A DNA stretch of 32,000 nucleotides, taken from positions 1,604 through 33,603 of the forward strand of contig JAUQYT020000065.1 of the NCBI GenBank assembly GCA_030587605.2, read 5' to 3'. The position numbers and the translations under genes are program-made. Shown piece after piece: positions 1 through 8,029 of the stretch (positions are counted from its first letter, which is position 1; every line of letters begins with the position of its first letter). The DNA comes from Candidatus Njordarchaeum guaymasense. Lineage in GTDB: Archaea > Asgardarchaeota > Njordarchaeia > Njordarchaeales > Njordarchaeaceae. Under the pieces are notes generated by a model. The model did no database searches and had not been told where the DNA came from. It saw only the letters and a program-made list of their open reading frames with translations.

Positions 1-287
1 TTCATGAAGAAAATAAAGATATAACGCCAGAGAATATCGTATCTATACTTAAAGCTGCTGGTATTGAAAATGTAGATGAGGCTTTTGCAAGAGCCGTATC
101 ATCTGCCCTATCTAAAGTTGATATTGAAACTATTAAGAGTAAAGCTATACTAATGCCATCTCAAGCGCCCGCTCCCGTAGAACAAAAGCCAGAGAAGGAA
201 GAGAAGAAAGAGGAAAAGAAAGAAAAGAAAAAGGAAGAAAAGAAGGAGGAAGAAGAGTTTACTGGACTCGCCGCTTTATTCGGCTAA
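1..287 (+). CDS. ribosomal stalk protein P1 (aP1/L12e), C-terminal part; the 5' end lies outside the window
   Basis: Frame 3 reads ...ITPENIVSILKAAGIENVDEAFARAVSSALSKVDIETIKSKAILMP. A K/E-rich hinge follows (EKEEKKEEKKEKKKEEKKEEEE), then the stalk-protein tail FTGLAALFG and TAA at 285-287. Confidence 0.85.
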   Translation, partial: HEENKDITPENIVSILKAAGIENVDEAFARAVSSALSKVDIETIKSKAILMPSQAPAPVEQKPEKEEKKEEKKEKKKEEKKEEEEFTGLAALFG

Positions 288-338
288 GTTAATAATCTAT
301 AATAATTTTTAATATCAAAAATTTTGAGGTGAAATTTT

Positions 339-566
339 TTGCCAAAACTTCCATTAACTGTACTGAAATCGGCTCTTAACAAAAAAATCCGAATCAGATT
401 GAAGGATAATTCTACATATGAGGGTTTATTAATTGCTTTAGATGAATATATGAATCTAGCTTTGGCGGACACACTAGAAGTTGATGACAATAATAACCCT
501 AAAGTTCGGTGGGGTGTTACTCTAATACGTGGAAATAATATTTTATGGGTAGAAATTGTAGAATAA
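339..566 (+). CDS. Sm-like (LSm/SmAP) RNA-binding protein
   Basis: 75 aa with an Sm1-like IRLKDNSTYEGLLIALDEYMNLAL and an Sm2-like IRGNNILWV. TTG start lies 7 nt after a GAGGTGA Shine-Dalgarno at 325-331. Confidence 0.85.
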   Translation: MPKLPLTVLKSALNKKIRIRLKDNSTYEGLLIALDEYMNLALADTLEVDDNNNPKVRWGVTLIRGNNILWVEIVE

Positions 567-602
567 TAAAATAACAAATAATAAAATAACAGAAGAAATA
601 TC

Positions 603-899
603 TTACCCATATAATAAGGTATAAGTTAGTCCCCAAAACATTATAATTGAAACTATATATCCTACTGTACCATGCATAACTGCCATATTCAGCAAACGAA
701 TACTCTGTAAGTTAAAATAGTATCTGTAGAAGGCGACTATGATTCCCAGAATGATTAATGAAAGCACCCAAGCAAGTAGCGGATCTATATTAAGTACTCC
801 ATAAAAAATACCCAGTACTGTTCCTGAGGTTATTTTTAATAATGCATAATAATTTAACAATTTATCTTCCTTCGTGACAGTTTTCATCTTTTTTACCAA
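603..899 (-). CDS. small hypothetical membrane protein (about 3 predicted TM helices)
   Basis: 98-aa ORF with three hydrophobic stretches. It fills the gap between LSm and the NFACT gene. No recognisable family. Confidence 0.45.
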   Translation of the reverse strand: MVKKMKTVTKEDKLLNYYALLKITSGTVLGIFYGVLNIDPLLAWVLSLIILGIIVAFYRYYFNLQSIRLLNMAVMHGTVGYIVSIIMFWGLTYTLLYG

Positions 900-936
900 A
901 AATATAACCCCCTAGAAAAACTAAATTTAATATCTC

Positions 937-2931
937 GTGATTCTCATGACAACGTATGAAGGTATAACATCTGTTGATCTAATGGTAATTATTAGAGAGA
1001 TTAAAAATTTAGAGGGTGGAATTATAGAGAATATATATCAAAGTGAGAATATGTTTATCTTAAAGATAAGAGCTAATAATAATACGTATAATCTTGTTCT
1101 AGAACCAGAGTATCGTATTAATATAACGAAATTAGAGTTAAAATGGAATCTAACTAATTTTGTTATGATGCTAAGAAAGCATATTAGAAAAAAGAAAATT
1201 GTTTCGATCGAGCAGTACGATTTTGATAGAATTGTAATCATTAGATTAAGCGATAACTATGAAATTATTCTGGAGCTGATTAAAAGAGGCGTTCTTTGCC
1301 TATGTAAGAATAGGAAAATCATCTTGGCATCCAAACATCTCAAAATGAAAGATCGCCAGATCATTCCAGGAAGAATGTATTCATTTCCCCCTGGTGCTCC
1401 TGGCAATATTCAAGATATTTCTCTCGAAACTTTTGTTTCCCTTGTAAATAGACAAAAAAATCCTAAAGTTGCCCTTCTTAAACTTGGTTTTGGTCATAAA
1501 TATTCTAATGAATTACTATATAATATGGAATCTGAGGAATATAGCAACATATTTTGGGAGAAATTATACAGGAAAATAATATCTTTCTTCTCAATTTTAA
1601 ATGATCCAACCAAAATAAGCCCTAGAATCTATTACGATAATGCAGGTAATCCTATAACTTTTTCGGTCATTGAGCTAAATCATCTTAAAAACTTCGAATT
1701 AAAAACGTATTCAACTTTGAATGATGCTATCGATGATTTCTTTTCTCTTTTAAGAAGGAACTCAGCATCTTTAGATAAATTAGAAAAAGAAAAAAAGAAG
1801 ATCTTAAAGCGAATTGAAAAGCAGAAAAAAAGAATTAACAATCTCAAAGATAAAATAAGGGAATATAGAGAAAAAGCACATATGATCATTACAAATCTTG
1901 CTTTATTACAGGAAATCACGGATTCTATCTTAACTGCCCGAAAAATAAGGAATTTGTCTTGGGAAGAGATTAAGAAGAGAATTATGCATGGTAAAAAAAT
2001 AGGTAATGCAATAGCTAGATATATCCTTGATCTAAATGAAAAAGGGGATATTAAAGTCCAGCTCGGGGATTATATTATCAATCTTAATATTCGTTTCCGC
2101 CCCCAAGAAATAGCTAATGAACTATTTGACAAAGCAAAAAAATTCGAGACCAAACTACAAAATGCAATTGAAGAACTAAAGAAGTCTGAAAACGTCTTAC
2201 AGGCTCTTGAGAAAAACTTGATTGAAAAGTCCAAATTGGCTCAAATATTAATTAAACGACCAAAAAAACGATGGTTTCATAAATTTAGATGGTTTCTTTC
2301 TAGTGACAATTTCCTCGTAGTTGGTGGTCGAGATGCTTCATCAAATGAGCTTTTAGTAAAACGATATCTAGGTCCTAATGATATCTTCGTGCATGCTGAA
2401 ATTCACGGAGGATCTGTCGTAATAATTAAGAATGAGGAAAAGACGTCAATTCCTGAGAGAACTCTTAGAGAGGCTGCAATTTTTGCTGCTGCATATTCTA
2501 ATGCTTGGGAGAAGGGTTTTAGTTCTATAGATGTTTTCTGGACGAAACCTGAGCACGTCTCCCTAGCACCACCTTCAGGTCAATACTTAGCGAAGGGGGG
2601 CTTCATTATTAAAAAGAAGAATATCTTAAAGAATATACCGCTAATTTTGTCTATTGGTCTTCTTTTAGAGGAATTAAATGAAAATACTATAAGTTTCCAA
2701 GTGATTTCAGGTCCTCCTGAGGCTATATCAAAAAGAACAGATATCCTTGCAAGAATACGCCCAGGATACAGAGAAAAAAGTGAGATTGCAAAGAGTATTA
2801 TATCCTACTGGGATAAAAAATTTAGAAAGGATATTATTAAAAAGAAGGCTATACAAAACATTAAATTAGAGAAAATAATCGAATTAATCCCAGGTTCTTC
2901 TGCACTTGTAGAGGGTGATGATCTTGAATAA
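937..2931 (+). CDS. NFACT-family protein (Rqc2/NEMF/FbpA homologue, ribosome quality control)
   Basis: 664 aa with a central coiled coil and an NFACT-R/DUF814 signature: FLVVGGRDASSNELLVKRYLGPNDIFVHAEIHGGSVVIIKN...AAYSNAW. Start is GTG 937 or ATG 946. Confidence 0.85.
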   Translation: MILMTTYEGITSVDLMVIIREIKNLEGGIIENIYQSENMFILKIRANNNTYNLVLEPEYRINITKLELKWNLTNFVMMLRKHIRKKKIVSIEQYDFDRIVIIRLSDNYEIILELIKRGVLCLCKNRKIILASKHLKMKDRQIIPGRMYSFPPGAPGNIQDISLETFVSLVNRQKNPKVALLKLGFGHKYSNELLYNMESEEYSNIFWEKLYRKIISFFSILNDPTKISPRIYYDNAGNPITFSVIELNHLKNFELKTYSTLNDAIDDFFSLLRRNSASLDKLEKEKKKILKRIEKQKKRINNLKDKIREYREKAHMIITNLALLQEITDSILTARKIRNLSWEEIKKRIMHGKKIGNAIARYILDLNEKGDIKVQLGDYIINLNIRFRPQEIANELFDKAKKFETKLQNAIEELKKSENVLQALEKNLIEKSKLAQILIKRPKKRWFHKFRWFLSSDNFLVVGGRDASSNELLVKRYLGPNDIFVHAEIHGGSVVIIKNEEKTSIPERTLREAAIFAAAYSNAWEKGFSSIDVFWTKPEHVSLAPPSGQYLAKGGFIIKKKNILKNIPLILSIGLLLEELNENTISFQVISGPPEAISKRTDILARIRPGYREKSEIAKSIISYWDKKFRKDIIKKKAIQNIKLEKIIELIPGSSALVEGDDLE

Positions 2932-3724
2932 AAATATTTCTGTGAGAGATATTCAAAGACGATATACATATATTGACAAAGATGAACTTATCCCAAAAGC
3001 GTTTTGGACCTTAGAGAGTTCAAAGGATACACATTTAGTAGTAGTAGAGAACAAAATTCCTGTAGGTATTATCTCATATAAGGATTTCCTAAGAGTTTTA
3101 ACTAATAAGGCTAGACGGGGACTAATCACCAAACTTCATGTTTCAAGTTTAATGACAATAAATTTAGTAACAGTAGAGCCAGATACTTCTATTCAAGATG
3201 CTGCAAAATTGATGATCAAAAAGGGAATTTCTAGTGTTCTTGTCGAATCCGGAGGAAAAATCGTAGGTATTATTACTAAAAGGGATTTATTAAAGCATAT
3301 TGAAATTTTACCCGATGTTCTTCTTAAAACATTCATGACAAAGAATCCTATTGCTGCTCCAGCAGGGATGTCTTTAACAGGTGCTGAGAAACTTTTACGT
3401 GATAGGAAAATAAGTACCCTCCCTGTAGTCGAAGAAGGAAATGTTATCGGCTACGTCGATATACGAATTCTTGCTCAGTTCCTCTTAGATGCTTTCTTGA
3501 ACCAACAACATAAGCATATCAATAAGTTTATTCATGAGGTAACACTTGGTGACATTATGAAACGTCCATCATATATGCTCCCAGATGATAAAATTCATAC
3601 CTTCGCTAAAGAAATTTTAAGACGCAGTTTTAAGGGTGCACCTATTGTCTCATCATATAGTACTAGAAATCTACTTGGTGTTGCGACAGAAACTGATGTT
3701 ACTAAGTTGATTGCCTCGATTTGA
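2915..3724 (+). CDS. CBS-domain protein (two CBS pairs)
   Basis: Repeated CBS-type motifs: VPVGIISYKDFLRV, GISSVLVESGGKIVGIITKRDLL, ISTLPVVEEGNVIGYVDIRIL, GAPIVSS..LLGVATETDV. Overlaps the NFACT stop. Confidence 0.8.
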   Translation: MMILNKNISVRDIQRRYTYIDKDELIPKAFWTLESSKDTHLVVVENKIPVGIISYKDFLRVLTNKARRGLITKLHVSSLMTINLVTVEPDTSIQDAAKLMIKKGISSVLVESGGKIVGIITKRDLLKHIEILPDVLLKTFMTKNPIAAPAGMSLTGAEKLLRDRKISTLPVVEEGNVIGYVDIRILAQFLLDAFLNQQHKHINKFIHEVTLGDIMKRPSYMLPDDKIHTFAKEILRRSFKGAPIVSSYSTRNLLGVATETDVTKLIASI

Positions 3725-3734
3725 GGATGATCTT

Positions 3735-4757
3735 ATGGATAATTATTATCGATTATTTGAGGAATTCCAAGAATTTGATCAGTACATACAAGGAATTAAA
3801 CCAATTAGATCTGGAAATTCCCTCGATTTACATCGATGGGAAGGTTTTATATCCGTAGGCGCGTATAAAATCAAGGTTCGGATTTTAATCCCCGAAGAAT
3901 ATCCTTATGAACCACCAGAAATATACATATTAAACAAAAAATTATGGAATTCTCCTATGCTTGGTATTGATAAAAGGGGTAAAATCGACATTAGTAGATT
4001 TATTTCATGGTCCGCAGAAATAAAACTTTGGCAAATAGTTCAAAATCTTATTATATATTTGAATAAAAAAAGAGTTGATGATTTATTATCCGAAGTCAAA
4101 CAACAATCAGAAACATTTTTCAGTTCCTTGAAGGAGATTATTTCTAACCCTCAAAAAATTGAAAAAATCAGAAAGAAACTAGAATCTTTCAAACCTGAGA
4201 TGTTTTTAGATAAAATGCGTTCCAAAGAGACACTAATTCAATCTCTTCTAGAAATCTTACAGCAGTATTCAGAAAATAAGGGTCAATCTCTTACACCGGA
4301 GCAAGTGTTTGTAATAATCTTAAAGAAAATTTTAGGAAAAGAGGATAGCTTGGAATCCAAGACCGAAAAAGACGAAGTTTCCAGAGCTCTACTTGCTTAC
4401 GTTGGCTCAAATGCCGTATTACTTACAAAAGCATTGGACGAACTTATTGATATGCTAGAAATAGGCCAATCTACTAGTAGAGTTTCTTGGGTAATTAAGC
4501 TTATTACGGATATAGATTTCAGACTTGGAGCACTTCCCATTGGAAGCGAGTATAGAACGAAATTTAGAAATATGCTCAGAAGATGGAAAAAAAAGCTTAA
4601 CTCTTATAAAGGTGACTTTCTAAAAGAACAGGACATAAATGAGCTTTTAAAGGACATTAAATGGATCGACTCTAGAATCAGATTGATTCTCGAAGGTACT
4701 CTTAGAAAAAATATTCATAAACGAGATGAGAAGACGATAAAAAATTCTTTGGATTGA
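3735..4757 (+). CDS. UEV / inactive E2-variant (UBC-fold) domain protein with a long alpha-helical C-terminal region
   Basis: The N-terminal ~110 aa follow the UBC fold pattern: HRWEGFISVGAYKIKVRILIPEEYPYEPPEIYI...GIDKRGKIDIS..ISWSAEIKLWQIVQNLIIYL. The E2 HPN motif and catalytic Cys are absent (KIDIS where E2s have ICL). ATG 3735 is preceded by GAGG; the ORF is open from TTG 3711. Confidence 0.6.
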   Translation: MDNYYRLFEEFQEFDQYIQGIKPIRSGNSLDLHRWEGFISVGAYKIKVRILIPEEYPYEPPEIYILNKKLWNSPMLGIDKRGKIDISRFISWSAEIKLWQIVQNLIIYLNKKRVDDLLSEVKQQSETFFSSLKEIISNPQKIEKIRKKLESFKPEMFLDKMRSKETLIQSLLEILQQYSENKGQSLTPEQVFVIILKKILGKEDSLESKTEKDEVSRALLAYVGSNAVLLTKALDELIDMLEIGQSTSRVSWVIKLITDIDFRLGALPIGSEYRTKFRNMLRRWKKKLNSYKGDFLKEQDINELLKDIKWIDSRIRLILEGTLRKNIHKRDEKTIKNSLD

Positions 4758-4790
4758 TAACCAAGGTAGGAGTATTGAGATTTCTGATGA

Positions 4791-4865
4791 CGGGCCCGGC
4801 GGGATTCGAACCCGCGACCTACGGCTTAGGAGGCCGCCGCTCTATCCATACTGAGCTACGGGCCC
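4791..4865 (-). tRNA. tRNA-Arg (anticodon CCU), 75 nt, no intron, CCA not encoded
   Basis: The reverse complement folds as a cloverleaf: GGGCCCG TA GCTC AGTATGGATA GAGC G GCGGC CTCCTAA GCCGT AGGTC GCGGG TTCGAAT CCCGC CGGGCCC G. GC-rich island in AT-rich DNA. Confidence 0.93.
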
Positions 4866-5001
4866 ATGTGAGAGTATAAAGAGTATAATAAGTCTCTACC
4901 CGAAATATACTATTTTTTATATTTACTATATCATGGGATACTACCTATGTTACAGTATATCTTATTAAGTTAAGACTTATATAAAAAGAAGCTTTATTAT
5001 C

Positions 5002-5098
5002 TGGTGGGCCCGGGCGGATTCGAACCGCCGACCTCTCGGTTTCTGATTCTAGCTACGAATATCAGCCGAGCGCTCTAGCCTAGCTGAGCTACGGGCCC
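5002..5098 (-). tRNA. tRNA-Ile (anticodon GAU) with a 19-nt intron at the canonical 37/38 position (plus-strand 5041-5059); 3' CCA genomically encoded
   Basis: The reverse complement reads GGGCCCG TA GCTC AGCTAGGCTA GAGC G CTCGG CTGATA[TTCGTAGCTAGAATCAGAA]A CCGAG AGGTC GGCGG TTCGAAT CCGCC CGGGCCC A CCA. Intron segment AUCAG pairs with the anticodon-loop CUGAU. Confidence 0.9.
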
Positions 5099-5274
5099 GG
5101 TGAAAATTTCTGTCATATGAGTTAGTATCTTTTAACTAAAAATTTTTCTCTTTATCAATCTATTTATATCCTCCGAATAATGCTCAACAAGAATCCAAAT
5201 GAAGATAAAAACATATAGGGAAAAATATTTATCCTGAGTAAATAGAAATGAAAAGGTCTTAGGAGATGATCTAA

Positions 5275-5763
5275 ATGGGTAAAAAAGTATCTCTTGATTT
5301 CCTAGTTAAAGGCGGCGAAGCAACGCCTGGACCCCCAATCGGGCCAAGTCTGGGACCTTATGGTGTTCCCATTGGCAAAGTTGTCGGTGATATAAATAAA
5401 GCTACAGCAAAATGGAAGGGAATGACTGTACCAGTTACTGTGATCATCGATACTTCCGAACGAACTTGGGAAATTAAAGTCGGTGTTCCACCCACATCAG
5501 CCCTAATAATGAAGGAAGCAAACATAAAAAAAGGATCAGGTCAAACAGGCAAGGAAATTATTGGAAATTTACCCTTAGAGAAAGTAGTAGAAATTGCTAA
5601 AATGAAGCTTGATGAGATGTTTGCTCGTGACCTACGCTCAGCAATAAAACAGGTTCTTGGTACAATGGTCTCTATGGGTGTTACATGTGAGGAGCACGAC
5701 CCAAGAGAAATAATTAATAATCTGGAGGAATGGCTTAACAAAAAAAACATAAAATTAAAATAG
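5275..5763 (+). CDS. rpl11: ribosomal protein uL11 (L11)
   Basis: N-terminal GGEATPGPPIGPSLGPYGV is the L11 hallmark. 162 aa. AGGAG lies upstream of the ATG. Confidence 0.92.
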   Translation: MGKKVSLDFLVKGGEATPGPPIGPSLGPYGVPIGKVVGDINKATAKWKGMTVPVTVIIDTSERTWEIKVGVPPTSALIMKEANIKKGSGQTGKEIIGNLPLEKVVEIAKMKLDEMFARDLRSAIKQVLGTMVSMGVTCEEHDPREIINNLEEWLNKKNIKLK

Positions 5764-5825
5764 AGCCCGCCATCTTATCAAATTGAAAGATAATGATCCG
5801 ATGATATTTTCGAGGTGAAAATGAT

Positions 5826-6209
5826 ATGTCTTCTCCTCCATATATTACTTGGGAAACACCCGATAGCTTGGCCGATGAAGCTATTAGATTACTTGATGAA
5901 ATTATGCGCTCTAATGGCAAGGTAAAACGCGGAGTAAATGAAACCACCAAATCTGTTGAAAGAGGTTCTGCAAAGTTAGTTTATATCGCTAGGGATGTTA
6001 ATCCCCCTGAAATCGTCATGCATCTCCCTCATTTATGTGAAGAAAAAGGCATACCGTACTTGTTTGTTCCCTCCAAGAAAGAACTAGGCAAAGCTGCAGG
6101 AATAGAGAGACCTGCATCTTCGGTTGCTGTTGTGGATGCTGGTGAAGCTGTGTCCAGGTTAGAAAAAATTATTCAAATGATCAAGGAATTCCGTCTGACC
6201 AAGAAGTAG
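5826..6209 (+). CDS. rpl7ae: ribosomal protein L7Ae (eL8 family, K-turn binding)
   Basis: KRGVNETTKSVERGSAKLVYIARDVNPPEIVMHLPHLCEEKGIPYLFVPSKKELGKAAG matches the L7Ae core. GAGGTGA at 5812-5818 lies 7 nt before the ATG. Confidence 0.92.
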   Translation: MSSPPYITWETPDSLADEAIRLLDEIMRSNGKVKRGVNETTKSVERGSAKLVYIARDVNPPEIVMHLPHLCEEKGIPYLFVPSKKELGKAAGIERPASSVAVVDAGEAVSRLEKIIQMIKEFRLTKK

Positions 6210-6290
6210 GTCATACAATAACATTTTTATTTTTTGACTACTAAACTAGTTTCTAAATCCAAAAAGTCACTAAGATGGAGGTTCAGTTGA

Positions 6291-6554
6291 ATGGCCAGTA
6301 AATCAAATAGATACAGTAACGATACTGAGTTCGAAGAATCAGAGGATATAGGCATTCCCGCAGTAGTAGAATATATTGTCGAACGTCTAGGACGCGCTGG
6401 GGAGGTCACACAGGTACGAGTTCGAATTCTCGCTGGGCGGGATAAAGGGCGAATAATCACAAGAAATGTTAAAGGCCCAATAAGGGCAGGGGATATCTTA
6501 TTATTAAGGGAGACTGAAAGAGAAGCCCAGAGAATTAAAGCTCAAAAGAGGTGA
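6291..6554 (+). CDS. rps28e: ribosomal protein eS28 (S28e)
   Basis: [56 protein letters not shown] is the typical S28e core. The N-terminal extension suggests the true start may be downstream. Confidence 0.9.
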   Translation: MASKSNRYSNDTEFEESEDIGIPAVVEYIVERLGRAGEVTQVRVRILAGRDKGRIITRNVKGPIRAGDILLLRETEREAQRIKAQKR

Positions 6555-6727
6555 TTAAAATCCCAAAATGCTCCTTATGTGAAAGAGAAATACCTCCTGG
6601 TACTGGCTTAATGTACGTATTTACAAGTGGTAGAATCCTTTGGTTTTGCTCAAATAAATGCAAAAAGAACTTCTTAGTACTTAAGCGAAAGCCCAGTAAA
6701 CTTAAGTGGATAAAAATGAAAAAATGA
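6551..6727 (+). CDS. rpl24e: ribosomal protein eL24 (L24e); not in the supplied ORF track
   Basis: The frame reads (V)[57 protein letters not shown], stop TGA 6725-6727. The C..C...PG.G..Y.......FCS.KC zinc-ribbon pattern and the position after L7Ae-S28e fit L24e. No in-frame ATG. The start is either GTG 6551, overlapping the S28e stop, or a near-cognate codon just after GAGGTGA (6548-6554). Confidence 0.8.
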   Translation: MIKIPKCSLCEREIPPGTGLMYVFTSGRILWFCSNKCKKNFLVLKRKPSKLKWIKMKK

Positions 6728-6733
6728 ATTTTT

Positions 6734-7015
6734 CTATTCTTTTGCAACGATATCTAGTAGTGAAATTACCTCTAATATTGCTGTTCTTGCAAAAGTAGGC
6801 ATTTGAGGATCATCTGTTATCTCCTGTAGAATATCTATTGCATTAGCTGCTCTTAATGCGAGACTTATTTCATCGTTCTCTAACTGCCTTATTGCCTCTT
6901 TTGCAGCCCTTCTAATATTTCTGGGAGTATTTAAATCCCTTGCAATTTGTACTAATATCCTTACAGCATTCTTTTTAGCTTCCTGTTTTTCATCATTCAT
7001 TATTATTCCCCCCAT
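6734..7015 (-). CDS. UPF0147-family small helical protein (conserved archaeal, function unknown)
   Basis: 93 aa with TPRNIRRAAKEAI...LRAANAIDILQEITDDPQMPTFARTAILEVISLL, the pattern I recall for UPF0147 proteins. Confidence 0.65.
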   Translation of the reverse strand: MGGIIMNDEKQEAKKNAVRILVQIARDLNTPRNIRRAAKEAIRQLENDEISLALRAANAIDILQEITDDPQMPTFARTAILEVISLLDIVAKE

Positions 7016-7257
7016 GTGTTCATTTACTAAGATTTTTTATTTTAGAATTCGCCTTTTAAATTTTCTAAGAAAAAGTGGAATTATTTTTAGCATAATACTA
7101 TATTTATCAAGATTAAAAACTTTCTTATCTTCTAATAAGTCTATTATTTATAATTTCTCTACTTAGAGGTTGAGTACTAATGTAGTACGTCAGGCATTAA
7201 GATCAAATATTCATTCGTAGTATCCTCATTTCTATAAAAATAAAGTTCTATTTCAGT

Positions 7258-7863
7258 TTATATATTACGTCCAAGAGTTGCCATTTCTTTTCGATAAACT
7301 TCTGGGAAAACACGGTATAGCATAGCAAGCCTAGCTGCTTCCTGAAAAACTCTTTTAACGCCTAAGCCATCCTTAGCTACTGTTTTGAACACGGGGAACG
7401 TTCCCTCTATATTAAGTGCTCGTAAAAGAACCCGCTCGGGTAACGCATCATCTAGATCTCTTTTGTTTAGTGCTATTATAACAGGCATTCTTATAAAGTG
7501 ATCCCCAAGAAAATCTTTTAGTTCATTTATACTGTAGATGTTTTCCTGTAATGCATTAGGATCACTATCTACAACAAAAATGACAGCATCTGCTCCCTGG
7601 AGTATAACTTTCCTTTGATGCTTATGCCTTCTCTGCCCAGGAACCGTATAAATGTCAAAAACCACCTTGCCACGTGTACCCAGAGGCATATAATCGAAAT
7701 AGAGAGTTCTTCCACTGGGATCTTCTATGGATCTTATTTTACCTTTTTTTAAGCCGAAGATTCTATTGTATAACGCTTTAACCATTGTAGTTTTTCCGCC
7801 AAGAGATGGACCATATAAAACTATTTTGAATCTATAGTAGCCATTTTTGTCTCGATAGACCAT
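7258..7863 (-). CDS. MglA-like small GTPase (Ras superfamily)
   Basis: P-loop GPSLGGKTT, G3 motif TVPGQ (the MglA-type variant of DxxGQ), NKRD specificity motif. 201 aa. Confidence 0.8.
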   Translation of the reverse strand: MVYRDKNGYYRFKIVLYGPSLGGKTTMVKALYNRIFGLKKGKIRSIEDPSGRTLYFDYMPLGTRGKVVFDIYTVPGQRRHKHQRKVILQGADAVIFVVDSDPNALQENIYSINELKDFLGDHFIRMPVIIALNKRDLDDALPERVLLRALNIEGTFPVFKTVAKDGLGVKRVFQEAARLAMLYRVFPEVYRKEMATLGRNI

Positions 7864-8029
7864 TTATATCTCCGCCTGTTAAGCTCTTTAACCGACAAAA
7901 TATGATTTACAAAAAATATTTAATTTAATAGTATTCCCAACGATTGGTATATCTCTTCAACTATAAGTTAGTAACAATTTAATTTAAAATATTGTATATT
8001 GTAGGGTAATTTGTTAATAATAATTTTTC

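Noticed and set aside
181-260. Purine-rich GAA/AAG repetitive stretch as a possible tandem DNA repeat
   Set aside because: It encodes the K/E-rich hinge of ribosomal stalk protein P1. This is coding low complexity, not a repeat element.
284-610. 108-aa minus-strand ORF
   Set aside because: It is antisense to the LSm gene, which has clear Sm1/Sm2 motifs.
5791-5827. Possible K-turn or autoregulatory element in the L7Ae leader (ATGATAT occurs twice, plus GGTGA)
   Set aside because: Only one of the two tandem G.A motifs of a C/D-type K-turn can be drawn. GAGGTGA is better explained as the Shine-Dalgarno sequence. This is not convincing without structure probing.
6535-6747. 70-aa minus-strand ORF
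   Set aside because: It is antisense to the L24e reading frame, which has the conserved zinc-ribbon pattern and the expected position after S28e.
7016-8029. Search for a Roadblock/LC7 (MglB) ORF or other small gene in the spacers flanking the MglA-like GTPase
   Set aside because: No open frame with a plausible start or motif was found. The spacers are AT-rich, promoter-like DNA. A 5-bp hairpin (GTACT...AGTAC, about 7180-7200) is too weak to call.
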